A program made the position numbers and the translations under genes. DNA of 63,977 nucleotides, the filler included, from Stramenopiles sp. TOSAG23-2 (lineage: Eukaryota): assembly GCA_900128395.1 (NCBI GenBank). It is 3 parts of 3 records of this genome, joined end to end, with 100 filler letters (N's around TTAATTAATTAA, not from the genome) between each part and the next. Parts side by side here need not be neighbours in the genome. Positions count along the whole stretch, not along the records: positions 1 to 22,447 come from LT649513.1; positions 22,548 to 44,932 come from LT649514.1; 1 more part is not named here. One strand, 5' to 3'. Below the pieces are notes generated by a model. That model did no database searches and was not told the origin of the DNA. It saw only the letters and a list, made by a program, of their open reading frames with translations. How positions within the stretch are numbered: the first letter of the stretch is position 1; each line of letters starts with the position of its first letter. Positions 11,453 to 23,123 of the stretch are shown piece after piece.

Positions 11453-14400
11453 TTATGATAAACTGCAAAGGTCTTTAATGCGCAACATGCCAAGGAAAAA
11501 CTTTAATTTAGGTTTGTGATCACATTTAAACACTGCTGTCATATGGCGTGTAATCGAATCAAATCGAATTTCGGAGAAAAATTGCACGTCTTCATTATAA
11601 TTCTTTCCATACAAATATACGGTGAACTTGTTACCTTTAACTCCACTAGCGATAACGCGAAATCCTTTTGCAGAAACATTTTCAATTACCGAACTTGGCG
11701 CAGGAACACTATGCAACTCCATCATGACAGTTGAGTTTATCTTCATTTTGGTCCAGAACCCTTCAAAATCATGCGGTAAAATTTCATTATTGACAGAAAG
11801 ATATTGGTCTTCATAATTATTATCATGATGCAGATCTGCCCCTGCTATTGACACTGTGTGATCCTCTACAGCACTATATTGAGGAATTTCCCAAACACTT
11901 TCCCCAGTATATTTAGATACATAATACTGATTTCCCTCTTGATCTAAATGGGGTTCCCACTCATCGCTAGCATCTACCTCTCCGGGGTAACAATTATCAG
12001 TAGTATATATATGTTCATGTTCATCATGATATTGCATATTACCGCTATCATGGTCACTATTTTTATACTTTGGAGATCGATTTTCATCAATTGAATCAAG
12101 ACTTGAATCATTTTTTGGTTTCGATATTTTGGGAAATTTTGGCAAACCACTAAGGTGACTTACTCTTGGTTTTGTCTTGGCAGATTTCCCCTTTCCACCC
12201 AATGCTAACTTCGGCACAAATGACGGTCGATCTATCCCACGTTCCGTTTTAGCACCCCATAAACGTGCTGAATCTTGTTTCGACAATGGCGTACGCGGTG
12301 TCTCTTTCGCAGCTCTAGCTGAATTTTGCTTTCTTGGAGTTCCATTGTAATGATTTAGATTGTTACTTTTTCTTGTTTTATTATTTTCATCTACAAATAA
12401 TTCACCACCATCATCTGAATCTGAATCATCTTCTGTGTCACTATCACCATCATCCATAAATCCATGCAACGTATACCCATCTCTAACATGATTATCTGGC
12501 ATCTCTGCTAACCACGACTTCACAATCATTCCTAAATCGGCAATCAAAAGTACTGCCCATATATCTAGGAAAAACAACGTGAAAAATATCCATGTCATTA
12601 CAAAATCAAGGGTAGACGTACGTGGTCTCCCAACAAAATTATTAGCCTGGACATAAGCGGCCCACGTCCAAATTCCGATTATGAAATCAAATATTTTTGC
12701 ATAAGTAATACCTCGGAGCCATGCTTTTTCATATATTATCATAGGTTCATATTTTGTATGAAAACACGAATAAAATGGAAACATACATGCAGCCGTATCT
12801 ATATTCCTATATATTGATGCTACAACGATTGCTGATGTAATAGCCTTTAAAAAAGTAAGAACCAATAATGACATTCCAGTAGGTGCCCGACTAAATTGAG
12901 GAGTCCAAGAATATGTCGTTACAGCAACTATAGAAATAAATAACATAAAGAAACCACAAACGATGTGAAGCCAAAGTTGTGCAACTATACGAGCAAATAT
13001 TTCCCCTTTTGAATCTTCCAGCTTTAACTTGCCACAAGATGGCAAACAGAAACGATTGTGATATGCCCATTTTACACTTTTCTTTTTTCCAACAGAGTGT
13101 GCTACTTGCAGCATTTTTCTTGCAGTCTCCTTTCTTTCTTCCATTTTTTCGCGACTGCTTTTTGGACGTTTGGTAGCATTATTATCTTGCATTTCCTTTC
13201 CTCCAGAACTCTTCTCACGATTTAGGATATTTACATTTCGAGCTGATTTTACACTTTCTAATTCACTACGAAGACGATTAATTTCTTCATGCAAATGAGA
13301 ATGATTATCAAGAGTCTTAGGTATGTTATCAGATTTGCTTACATCATTAGTAGTTTTTGAATCATTATCAACAGTAGATAAACCAAGTTCCTTGTCGTAT
13401 TGATGATTTGTTTCACTGAAGATTTCTATCTCTGTATGCTCTTTTTCCTGACTCATAATTGTGGAAGGAGGATCTTTAATGATCCTTTTTTCACTTTCTT
13501 CATTATTAAAATCTTTTCTCCCAATCCCATGATTATTATTTTTACTGCTATTATCGTGTTTTTTGTTGTTATGACCAACCGTCTTTTTACCGTCACCATC
13601 TTCGTTATCATTATCTCCATCTTCAAATGAAAGCAATGTTGGAACCGGTAGCTTTGTTTTTTTTTCATTATTTATATTTTCACTTTTGGTTATTACAGTG
13701 CCATCAGTATTATTTTTTTTTGCACTATCAACAGCTTCATTTTCTTTAGAACCTATTACTTGTTGAAAATTTATGATATTATCAACATGCTCAATTGGAG
13801 GACTATTTTCTTTTGAAGACGTATTATTAAGTTCTTCCTCGGCTTCCTCCTCCCCTGATATGTTATTGATATTACTTTTGTTATCATTCTTTGTGATACT
13901 ATCTTTCTTTTCTAATCGTTTCATAAAATCTTTCATCGACGGAGTCATCAAAGTTTTAGGTTTATTAAAATTTATTGGACTACTACTATTGTCATCAATA
14001 TTCAAAGAGAGCTTTTCCTCTTCAAGGGTCTTTTTAAATTGCTCTTGAAATTTCAATTCCTTTCCTAACTTGGAATGTAAATCTTTCATTTTTTCACTTC
14101 GCCTCTCTTTCTTTTTTTTTGCTTTTTTCGAACTTTTCTTCAATGAACGTTGTTTTCGCCTTATTTTTTCAAGGTGATCTGGCAATTTCACAGAGCTAAA
14201 TTCGTGCTTTGGGCTACTTTGATCACGTTTGAAACTAAAATCAGTTTTTACAATTTTGATTGGTGTAATCCTTTCTTTTTCTTTTCCATTATTAATCTTA
14301 TCACCATTATTTTTATTAATATTATTATTGTCATCACTTTCTTTACCTTCCGTATTGACTATAATTTTCTCCTGCAATATTTTCTTTTTATCTTGATTTT

Positions 14401-14677
14401 TACTGGAAAAATCAATCTCTTCATCCGCAACAACAGGTATGATTGGCGTAGAAAATTTGCTGGCATATTCTTCTTTTGGACTTTTTGAAGTTTGTGGACT
14501 GTATTTATCTAAACCATTATAACTATTAGTATCATTATTGCTGGTAATATCATTATTATTCCAAGCTGTTTTATTTGATGATAATTTACGTCGAATAGGT
14601 TTTCTTTGTAATGTTGTTGCTTCGTTATTAGTTTCCTTTTTTTCAAACAATTTGATTCGATCCTTGACGTTTGACAT
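11453..14677 (-). CDS. Multi-pass membrane protein with WW domain and C-terminal beta-adaptin appendage-like domain
   Basis: About four hydrophobic helices mid-protein; WW motif EWEPHLDQEGNQYYVSKYTGESVWEIP; C-terminus PHDFEGFW...GFRVIASG...YLYG...FKC resembles the beta2-adaptin appendage C-terminal subdomain. Confidence 0.65.
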   Translation of the reverse strand: MSNVKDRIKLFEKKETNNEATTLQRKPIRRKLSSNKTAWNNNDITSNNDTNSYNGLDKYSPQTSKSPKEEYASKFSTPIIPVVADEEIDFSSKNQDKKKILQEKIIVNTEGKESDDNNNINKNNGDKINNGKEKERITPIKIVKTDFSFKRDQSSPKHEFSSVKLPDHLEKIRRKQRSLKKSSKKAKKKKERRSEKMKDLHSKLGKELKFQEQFKKTLEEEKLSLNIDDNSSSPINFNKPKTLMTPSMKDFMKRLEKKDSITKNDNKSNINNISGEEEAEEELNNTSSKENSPPIEHVDNIINFQQVIGSKENEAVDSAKKNNTDGTVITKSENINNEKKTKLPVPTLLSFEDGDNDNEDGDGKKTVGHNNKKHDNSSKNNNHGIGRKDFNNEESEKRIIKDPPSTIMSQEKEHTEIEIFSETNHQYDKELGLSTVDNDSKTTNDVSKSDNIPKTLDNHSHLHEEINRLRSELESVKSARNVNILNREKSSGGKEMQDNNATKRPKSSREKMEERKETARKMLQVAHSVGKKKSVKWAYHNRFCLPSCGKLKLEDSKGEIFARIVAQLWLHIVCGFFMLFISIVAVTTYSWTPQFSRAPTGMSLLVLTFLKAITSAIVVASIYRNIDTAACMFPFYSCFHTKYEPMIIYEKAWLRGITYAKIFDFIIGIWTWAAYVQANNFVGRPRTSTLDFVMTWIFFTLFFLDIWAVLLIADLGMIVKSWLAEMPDNHVRDGYTLHGFMDDGDSDTEDDSDSDDGGELFVDENNKTRKSNNLNHYNGTPRKQNSARAAKETPRTPLSKQDSARLWGAKTERGIDRPSFVPKLALGGKGKSAKTKPRVSHLSGLPKFPKISKPKNDSSLDSIDENRSPKYKNSDHDSGNMQYHDEHEHIYTTDNCYPGEVDASDEWEPHLDQEGNQYYVSKYTGESVWEIPQYSAVEDHTVSIAGADLHHDNNYEDQYLSVNNEILPHDFEGFWTKMKINSTVMMELHSVPAPSSVIENVSAKGFRVIASGVKGNKFTVYLYGKNYNEDVQFFSEIRFDSITRHMTAVFKCDHKPKLKFFLGMLRIKDLCSLS

Positions 14678-15161
14678 ATTATGACTGCTTTATACAATTA
14701 TTTAAGTTGTTTTCTTTTAGCTGTATTTGGACGTGGAGAATATATTTACAGTAGAAAGAAGTCCTAGTGAATATATATATACAGAGTATGATATGTATTT
14801 ATTTGATTTACTCTTTACTCTCTCCACATTGCTACGATATGTATTGTATATATATTTTGATGAAGTAGAAGAGGTGCGAAAAACCCTAACGTTTTTATTA
14901 TTACATACAGTATATAGGAAAAAAAGCTAGGGAGTGTGTATATCTTACACTATACATTTGGTAGTAGTGATTTGGAAATAAAATCAGTATTGTTAAAGTA
15001 TATAACTGAAACTTACTACTATATTACTATACACGAGTACACGCGTATATAAATTAGGTACCGTAGTTATGACATAAGTAATAATTAAATATATATCATA
15101 CATGTCGAATTATATGTGACAACGTGTGCCAGATCTTGCCATATAATATATATTATCAAAA

Positions 15162-15881
15162 TTAATATCTACTGTGCCCTAAAGTCGTATGATATGCTAT
15201 ATATGGTACGCCTAGACAAACAAACCATAAAAATGCCAAAAAGCCCACGATTAATGCACCAATCAAAAATGTATTATTATTAAATAAATTTCCATTACTT
15301 CCTTGGACTGCCCCAATAATGATGAATACAATACCAACCCAACATGCGACATATGTACATAAAATACTCCAATCAAACCAATCGCAGCTAAAGGTAACCA
15401 CATGCTCAAAAAATGTTCCATCATCTGGTGGCAACGGACCATGTGGATTTGCTGGTTTTCGATCAAATTTACTCCACGAACTAATACGACGCATTCCACG
15501 ATTTCTTGAACTTGGGGACATAATATACATAGGGACTTCATTACCTTTTTTTCCGACAGCACCAGACTCATTCATATTTTTTGGTCTAACCCACGTAGTT
15601 CCCAACTTTTCGTGTGCATAGTACGTTCGACCATCCGTTGTTTTATGTGCAGTCCATCCAGCATTGTTGCTTGAAGAAGACAATGCAGATGTGTAAGAAT
15701 TGGTTTGCATTTGTCCTTGAACTCTAGCTCTTTCTCGCTCATAACCTGGGTCCGTAGTTAACTTTAATTTAGGTCTTGCTTTACGTTGGTTTTTGACTAA
15801 TGTTTCTGCTCTTTCTAACGCATCGTCATCCCCCATTAATCCCAAAATGGAATGGGTATAAGAGCTATTTTTATTACTCAT
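15162..15881 (-). CDS. WW-domain protein with two C-terminal transmembrane helices
   Basis: AGWTAHKTTDGRTYYAHEKLGTTWVRP; two hydrophobic segments; first ATG at 15881. Confidence 0.7.
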   Translation of the reverse strand: MSNKNSSYTHSILGLMGDDDALERAETLVKNQRKARPKLKLTTDPGYERERARVQGQMQTNSYTSALSSSSNNAGWTAHKTTDGRTYYAHEKLGTTWVRPKNMNESGAVGKKGNEVPMYIMSPSSRNRGMRRISSWSKFDRKPANPHGPLPPDDGTFFEHVVTFSCDWFDWSILCTYVACWVGIVFIIIGAVQGSNGNLFNNNTFLIGALIVGFLAFLWFVCLGVPYIAYHTTLGHSRY

Positions 15882-16438
15882 TTTGTTTATGTATATTATT
15901 TTCTTTCTTTCTCTATTCAAAAAAGCTTTTGTTCATGTTTCTATTTCGTACGGTATACTTTTACAATTTGACTTTCCAAAACAACAACATTATTAATAAA
16001 ACTCTTTTAACCGCTGCTTTTGCGGGCAGCGAATGAAAAATCAGAATTTTTTTGAAACAAAATATTTTGCCTTTTCTCCTCGTAGGATTTTATGTATGTC
16101 GATAAAGCCATATTGATAGGTACTTTTATTTAACTCTACCAATTGCATACTCCAGAATATTTTGTGAAAATTCTCTGTTTCTGTTTCTGTCCTTAAATTG
16201 ATTTCAGGTTTCAGGACAGGGGTTCTACAGTAGCCTCATCGTCGGGCCTTTCAGGTTATAATAATAATAATTGAAAGTGGTAAATCCTAATAAAATAAAT
16301 CTGTGATGAGCTGCAAATGCATTTATAATACATGAAACAGATGTAAATAAATAACAAACTCATTATACAATTCTACAGTAGTTTATAGTCATAATATTGC
16401 CACTATCTAGAAACACACAACGAAAGAATACAGCAAGC

Positions 16439-16852
16439 ATGAAGTTTGTAAATTATCTTATCACATTTTTGGTCGTTTTGAATATATTTTGTACAAAAGT
16501 TACAATAGCTAAAGATGCAGAAGAACCAGTAGTAGCCGTGTCACGGTTCGAAGGACCATCCTCCGGTAACTTAGGTGCCTTTTTACGCATTGTAAATAGA
16601 GATCCAGAGATTAAATATTTGTACGCAAAGTTACAAGAATATGTAGTCGGTAGAATACAACGTGCTGCAGTTGGTGAACCACGTGTTGGAAATGAGGAAG
16701 AAATATTTGAAGATTTATTATTAAACCATGCTCATCCACATTCAAAAGACGTTTATACGTCGGAAGAGCGTGCTATAGTTAAAGAGAAAATTGTCAAACT
16801 TGTCAAGTTGTTAAATTTAATGCATGTTGTCAGCAGTGATGGCGATTTATAG
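16439..16852 (+). CDS. Small secreted or ER-lumenal hypothetical protein
   Basis: Signal peptide MKFVNYLITFLVVLNIFCTKVTIA; ends in DGDL, resembling a KDEL-like retrieval signal. Confidence 0.6.
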   Translation: MKFVNYLITFLVVLNIFCTKVTIAKDAEEPVVAVSRFEGPSSGNLGAFLRIVNRDPEIKYLYAKLQEYVVGRIQRAAVGEPRVGNEEEIFEDLLLNHAHPHSKDVYTSEERAIVKEKIVKLVKLLNLMHVVSSDGDL

Positions 16853-17276
16853 AAGAAAATTTCTGTATGATGTGTATTTATATATATACGAGTATATAAA
16901 ATGTATAATATATATACATGTATATATATATACGAAAGATTATATATATAATATAATAAATGTACATGTAAATATATCTCCTCAATTTTTATCATACGAA
17001 AAACTAGATTTATTTTACGAAAGTATGTATCATACGTACTCTGGCAAGCGCAGAGTCTTTCCAGCAAAGCTGGAAAGATATATCATACAATTATATACAA
17101 GAATTATTATAGTGTGGTTTTATATATTATATATATTTTTTTGTTGCATAATATTAATATTTTTTTTATTTTTTTTTTCTTGCTGGCTTGTTTTTTTAAT
17201 TAAATTTCATATCATACGTACTATCATAGGTATTGTATCTCCCAGATCTCATCAAGATTATACATTCAACTTTTTG

Positions 17277-19814
17277 TTATTTCTTCTCGTATGCTATAAT
17301 CATCTTGTTTAAGCGTTTTACAAGTTGCCTTACCACATTGTCATGTTCTTTATCTTTCTTCATCAAATCTAGTTTATTTAATTCGATTTCTTCTTTTAAA
17401 TGTTCAATATCGACATCTTTTATATTATTCGATTCCATCAATTTGGATATGTTATCCTCCATTTCTTTTTTTAATTTATTTATCGAACTGCTATTTTGTT
17501 TTTTAATACTTTCAATTTCAAAATTATGCGAGTGTTTCATTTGCTGTATTTTCTTATCGCGTTTTGCAACTTCCTCTGCACCGCTTTCATACGATTCCAA
17601 TAATTGTTTTGCTACTTCATCTATACGGTTTTCTAAGGCTCGAAGTTTCCGCCTCAAAAGCCCAGCTTCCCTTTCAGCAATGTCACGTTCATTTCGTAAA
17701 TTGTCAGTTTGCTCTACTATACGTTCAAAAGACAATTCCTTTAAATTAATAACAGAATCCTTATGCTTCAAATGTTCCTCAAATCTACTTGTTTCTGAGG
17801 TCAACTTTTCATTTGCCTTTCGCAATTCCTTTTTTAAATCTCTAATTGTATCCTCATGAGAAACTTTTTGTTCATATGTTTGCCTTTCAAAATGATCCCT
17901 TTCTTTCTTCATCTGATCCTGAAGCTCCTTGAATTCTTCATTTTTGTTTTCTAACATTTCCTCTAAAACTTTCATTTTCTCAAAATCTTCTGCATTCACA
18001 TTTACACGTTCATCATTTATATCACGATTGCTGGTACCCCATGAATCGGCAAAATACGATAGCTCTGTCATATCTGTTTTTCCAGCTGTTAAAAATATAT
18101 ATATTATATCCATTCCTAGTCGTACAGTTGCTTTATTAGCTGATAATAATGCTTGCCTTAATATTTTAATGACTCTACCATCAGTTGAAAATAATTTCAT
18201 ATATTCTTGGACATTTTTACTATGTTGCCAATCTTCACTCAATAATATACATGCAAGTTGGCGTATTTTCAAATCAATCAATTGAAAATTACTATCGTTA
18301 TTATTATTGTTGTTGTTGCTAGTAGAAACCGTTGCACCTGCCTTCTTTATTTGAATCTTATTTTTTACGATAATTAATTTATCTATTCCTTTTAACATGG
18401 ATGACCGCAAATGATCAATACATGAAACTACTTGCGATGTAGTACCTTTCAATTTTAAAAAGTCTATAGCTGGTATTGATAATTCTAATATCTTTTCATT
18501 TGTTGCAAATATTAAAATTATATTTAAAAAGTCACGATCATTGTATGCTGATTTTTGATTAGGTATGTTGCTATTTAACAACTTTAATGTATTTAATATT
18601 GATATGCATAATGAAATACCGTATTCATTTAATTCAATTGTAACATATCCTAAAACTTGCCATAATATATCAGTGAAATTATTTGTATTCATAACTTCCA
18701 ATATTTTGTCTTTTAAATCAATAGTAGCATTTGTAATTGCATCATGTATCAAATCCAATGCTGGCTGTACACTCAACAATGAATTATATTTATCTTCTTT
18801 ATCTACAAATTTAGTAGCAGCATCAAACCGATCTTTAACCATATCTATGGTTTCTCGTGTAAATTTACAAAAAGATAATGTTGCATTATTTATATAACTA
18901 CTTTGATTGGGACGTTGCAATGCTAATGATATAATGGCATATGCTTGGAAACGCTGTATCATTGTAATATTATTGTAATTATTCTCATCATGAATATTAT
19001 TTTTATTACCATTCTTATCTATTTCATTATTAGTTATATACTTGTTACTTTCTTGAAAGCTTGTATTAATTTCACTAGTTAAAACATTGAAACATAAATC
19101 ATACAGGACATTCACTTCGTCTTTGTTAATAAAATAAATATATTGCGGAGATTTATATACAACAAATGCCATGGACAGACGTATTTGTACATTTGAGATA
19201 TTTATCCAACTTTCTTTCTTATTTATTCTTTCTAATTTATTTTTCCATTTTGATGATGAAGAAAAATTACTACGAATGTTTGATGCTTTGAGAGATAAAA
19301 TCGAACTGATTAATGGATACAAAATGTCTTCTTTCAATATCAATTCATTATCACAACTTTCGATTTTCTTAACAAATTGAGAGAAATTAGAATTTCTTGA
19401 AGACTGCATCAATTTTGTTTTGCGAAATAAAAGAATATTTAATAACTTGCACAATGGTTTGCAAATTTGCGCTTGTAATGGTTGTTTCAAAGCAGAGGAA
19501 CAAAGTTTTTCAACAATATATTGTATCGTAGAATTATTACTATTATCTATTACATAAACTAAACTTTCATGCGCATAAAAATTACCACCAACAAATTTTA
19601 ACAAAACGATGCAAACATTTTCTAATAAAAACGAGGAACTTCCTACATCTAAGCATTTGGCTACTTTCAACATTAACTTATACCATAATTTTGGATATGA
19701 AAAAAACCATTTTGTAAAGTTATCTGATGATTGTAATTTTAAAATCCAATTATCAAATTTTTCATTTGAGTTAAATTTATTGAAAGCTATTAATTCTTGC
19801 AACTCTTTCTTCAT
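17277..19814 (-). CDS. Helical-repeat (ARM/HEAT-like) N-terminus plus C-terminal coiled coil; CIP2A-like architecture
   Basis: 845-aa ORF; Leu-rich helical N-terminal ~600 aa followed by a heptad-rich E/K coiled coil. Family identity uncertain. Confidence 0.55.
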   Translation of the reverse strand: MKKELQELIAFNKFNSNEKFDNWILKLQSSDNFTKWFFSYPKLWYKLMLKVAKCLDVGSSSFLLENVCIVLLKFVGGNFYAHESLVYVIDNSNNSTIQYIVEKLCSSALKQPLQAQICKPLCKLLNILLFRKTKLMQSSRNSNFSQFVKKIESCDNELILKEDILYPLISSILSLKASNIRSNFSSSSKWKNKLERINKKESWINISNVQIRLSMAFVVYKSPQYIYFINKDEVNVLYDLCFNVLTSEINTSFQESNKYITNNEIDKNGNKNNIHDENNYNNITMIQRFQAYAIISLALQRPNQSSYINNATLSFCKFTRETIDMVKDRFDAATKFVDKEDKYNSLLSVQPALDLIHDAITNATIDLKDKILEVMNTNNFTDILWQVLGYVTIELNEYGISLCISILNTLKLLNSNIPNQKSAYNDRDFLNIILIFATNEKILELSIPAIDFLKLKGTTSQVVSCIDHLRSSMLKGIDKLIIVKNKIQIKKAGATVSTSNNNNNNNDSNFQLIDLKIRQLACILLSEDWQHSKNVQEYMKLFSTDGRVIKILRQALLSANKATVRLGMDIIYIFLTAGKTDMTELSYFADSWGTSNRDINDERVNVNAEDFEKMKVLEEMLENKNEEFKELQDQMKKERDHFERQTYEQKVSHEDTIRDLKKELRKANEKLTSETSRFEEHLKHKDSVINLKELSFERIVEQTDNLRNERDIAEREAGLLRRKLRALENRIDEVAKQLLESYESGAEEVAKRDKKIQQMKHSHNFEIESIKKQNSSSINKLKKEMEDNISKLMESNNIKDVDIEHLKEEIELNKLDLMKKDKEHDNVVRQLVKRLNKMIIAYEKK

Positions 19815-20318
19815 GGTTCTTGTAGTATTTCTTCTGGTTATTGATATACAGTTGCATTTTACCAGTACTATGATGTGTATCTATATCTATAGTTTTATCT
19901 ATAGTAGTAATACTGTGTAAGTTAAATTACGTAAAATAATATTATACATATATATTATATATGTATAACTAAAATGAGGAGACGACTGGTGTGGTATCCT
20001 AATATATACAATAATATAAATAGATGATTGCTTTGTTCTACTATAGCTATAGCTACTGTATAGCACCACACAAGAATCCCCTTAAACAAAATAATTTTGT
20101 GAAAATTTTAGCGATTATTATTTCAATAATTTAAATTTAAATTGTTGTTGCAATTGTTGTGCAATTGGCACAATTCTTCCAATAAATTATTAATTTAAAT
20201 TTCAATAATCCAATAATATAGAGAAGATTTTTGCTGTAGAATATATATATATTAAATAGTAATACATGATAGTAGAAATATACCACCAACAATTATTGCA
20301 GAACAAACACAAACAAAC

Positions 20319-21260
20319 ATGACGTCAATATCATCATCATCAACTGCAACAACATTAGGCTTGATTGCCGGGGCTGCAGCAGGAACTTTATTGCTCGCTG
20401 CCAGGAAGCGCAACAATAGTAGCAAGAAGCTAATATTAAGTCAAGGAAAAATAAATAATTTGGAAACTTTAACATTGAAACACTCATCTGGTTCTCAAGT
20501 TATTATTTACAAACACGGTGGTACAATAGCAAGTTGGACGCTTCCGAATGGGAAAGAAATGTTATTGTTATCTAAAAATGCCGTATTTAATGGGAAAAAA
20601 GCTATTCGAGGTGGGATACCATTGGTATTTCCACAGTTTGGTCCAGGAAAATTACCAAACCATGGATTTGCACGTACAAGTGAGTGGAATACGAATAGTT
20701 TAAAAAATAATATTTTAATATTAGAGTTGAAAGATAATGAAGAGACACGCAAATTATGGAATCATCAATTTCAATTATTTTATGAAATTGAATTAAATGC
20801 AAAAAGTTTAAGAACAAAATTAGTCGTTAAAAATACTGGTAAAAGTGATTTTGAATTTCAAGCATTGCTTCACACATATTACAAAGTCCCTGACATTAAA
20901 TCAACTTTTGTAAAAGGTTTAAAAGGTTCCTCTTTTATGGATAAATTAAAGGATGGAAAAGTTTTTAACGAAACGCGTAAACAAATTAATTTTACGGAGG
21001 AAACAGATCGTATTTATATGAATGCCCCATCAATGGTTACATTACCTGGAATTGCGAAGATAGAAGTACAAACAAGTGGTAAAGATCATGATATTGTTGT
21101 TTGGAATCCACATATTGCAAAGTCAAAACGAATGGGGGATTTTGGAGATGATGAATGGAAGAACATGGTATGCATTGAGCCTGGATATGTTGCAAAATGG
21201 AAAAAATTAGCAGCTGATGAAACTTTTGAATTGGAGCAAAATATATCCTCTAGTCTGTAA
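20319..21260 (+). CDS. Glucose-6-phosphate 1-epimerase (D-hexose-6-phosphate mutarotase)
   Basis: AIRGGIPLVFPQFG, HGFART, ALLHTYY, ETDRIY, VVWNP, MVCIEP. Confidence 0.93.
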   Translation: MTSISSSSTATTLGLIAGAAAGTLLLAARKRNNSSKKLILSQGKINNLETLTLKHSSGSQVIIYKHGGTIASWTLPNGKEMLLLSKNAVFNGKKAIRGGIPLVFPQFGPGKLPNHGFARTSEWNTNSLKNNILILELKDNEETRKLWNHQFQLFYEIELNAKSLRTKLVVKNTGKSDFEFQALLHTYYKVPDIKSTFVKGLKGSSFMDKLKDGKVFNETRKQINFTEETDRIYMNAPSMVTLPGIAKIEVQTSGKDHDIVVWNPHIAKSKRMGDFGDDEWKNMVCIEPGYVAKWKKLAADETFELEQNISSSL

Positions 21261-21393
21261 ATTTGTTTTGTAGTACATATTATATGTGATTGAAAAAGGT
21301 CAAAATAATATTATATATAAAAATTATATAAAAATATAAAATATATATTAAAAATATTCGTGTGTGTGTATTTTTTTTTGTACTCTTCGTATT

Positions 21394-22275
21394 TTATGCT
21401 CTTTTATAAACAAATATTTTTCGTTTCCATTTCGTTTCCCCTGCAAATTTCACATTTTTAAAACCTTTATTTTTTATAGTTTCATCAATATATTTAAAAA
21501 CATTTTCTCCTCGATAAAGAATATTATTTAATTCTTCAAATGTGCCTGATTTTTTACATTTTCTTAACCTTTTAGAAGCTTTTCGATAACTTTTCCATTG
21601 ATGTGGTTCAATTATCAAGGTATTTGTTTTCGATGTAAGCTTATCTAAAAAATCTTTCAAACCTTTATCTCCATGATTAATATGAATCCACATAGTTAAA
21701 CCAAAACAGGTAATAAGATCATAATGATGTTTTCCGTCTAAGTTTTCTTTCATTATATTCAAAGTTTTGAACTTACATATATTATTTACATCATTTTCCT
21801 TTGCCATAGATATTAAATCTTGATCCATGTCAATTCCATACATTTCAATTTTTTTATTTGAATCAACTTTTGAAAAAATATTATATAATTCCAAAGTTAA
21901 TTCACCGCTATTACATCCAATATCACAGCACTGTAGTTTGTTACTTTTTTTTCCACTATGTTGTTGAAATATTAAATTTAAAACATCTTCTGTATCAATA
22001 AATTTTGTTCGCTCTTCCGTCGGATTAAACATGTAATAGTTTTTAAAAGCACCATATCTATGTTGAATATACTGCTGTTCATCTTTTACTTGCAATTCAA
22101 TATCTTTTCTATTTACATTACCATTATTCTCAATGATTTTTTGTTTTTTGTTTGTGTTATCATTGCCGATATTATTATTATCATTATTATTATTATTATT
22201 GCTAATACTGCTTCCAGCATTATTATAATAATTTAACTTTCTCCCTCGCTTCATGGAATATTCTTTTTTGTACAT
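21394..22275 (-). CDS. BCDIN3D: Bin3-family RNA 5'-phosphate methyltransferase (BCDIN3D-like)
   Basis: YGAFKNYYMFNP, DIGCNSGELT, GIDMD, TMWIHINHGDKGL, IIEPHQWKSY. Start could instead be 22254. Confidence 0.85.
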   Translation of the reverse strand: MYKKEYSMKRGRKLNYYNNAGSSISNNNNNNDNNNIGNDNTNKKQKIIENNGNVNRKDIELQVKDEQQYIQHRYGAFKNYYMFNPTEERTKFIDTEDVLNLIFQQHSGKKSNKLQCCDIGCNSGELTLELYNIFSKVDSNKKIEMYGIDMDQDLISMAKENDVNNICKFKTLNIMKENLDGKHHYDLITCFGLTMWIHINHGDKGLKDFLDKLTSKTNTLIIEPHQWKSYRKASKRLRKCKKSGTFEELNNILYRGENVFKYIDETIKNKGFKNVKFAGETKWKRKIFVYKRA

Positions 22276-22447
22276 ACAGTATAGACAAACACAAACGAAC
22301 GCGCGTAATATAAGCTATAATCTCTTGTTGTAATAATTTTAGCTCCTTATCTGTGCATGCATACTGGCATCCTCGTATATATAGATCTATCAGATATATG
22401 TGGCGTACAATATTTATATTATACATAAGTTAATGTATTATAATTTT

Positions 22448-22547
22448 NNNNNNNNNNNNNNNNNNNNNNNNNNNNNNNNNNNNNNNNNNNNTTAATTAAT
22501 TAANNNNNNNNNNNNNNNNNNNNNNNNNNNNNNNNNNNNNNNNNNNN
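22448..22547. other. Artificial contig linker (N44-TTAATTAATTAA-N44)
   Basis: Exactly 100 nt; the 12-mer gives stop codons in all six frames. Confidence 0.97.
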
Positions 22548-22885
22548 ACCACGTTCCTAAACGCCTATAAACGAGGTAATGTTTTTAAAAATATGAGGTG
22601 GGAGAGAGTTCTTCGTAAATTTGTAAATTTTAACTCTATTATATAAAATTTATGATATGGTGAAAAATGATTTATAGACTTTATATAATCTCGTTTGGAC
22701 GTATTAGTTTGCAGACGTGCATTTTAGAGCTCTTCACTAATAAATAGTTCGTAGAGGATAGAATATTGCGCGTACACGAGTATTATTAAGATTGAGTGTA
22801 TTGAGCATATTATTTATAACTCTTAGATTTTTACCCCCATCACACATTTTTTTAATTACGATCGTATTATATTTACCTCTCCCCT

Positions 22886-23123
22886 TCATCTTTTTTTCAA
22901 TCTCACTTCTTTGCATCATTTATTAAATCAACACCACATCGTAATAGTGAATCTAACTCCTCTGCTGTTGGTTTCCCAGTACCTTTCCATCTAACAAACC
23001 CATGTCATCTTTTTTTCAATCTCACTTCTTTGCATCATTTATTAAATCAACACCACATCGTAATAATGAATCTAACTCCTCTGCTGTTGGTTTCCCAGTA
23101 CCTTTCCATCTAACAAACCCATG
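22886..23123. repeat. 119-bp tandem duplication of the ATP10 3' end (one substitution)
   Basis: 22886-23004 matches 23005-23123 except aatagtga versus aataatga. Confidence 0.9.

Noticed and set aside
22492-22503. TTAATTAATTAA palindrome in both gaps as a biological site
   Set aside because: Identical N44 flanks and six-frame stops show it is a concatenation linker.
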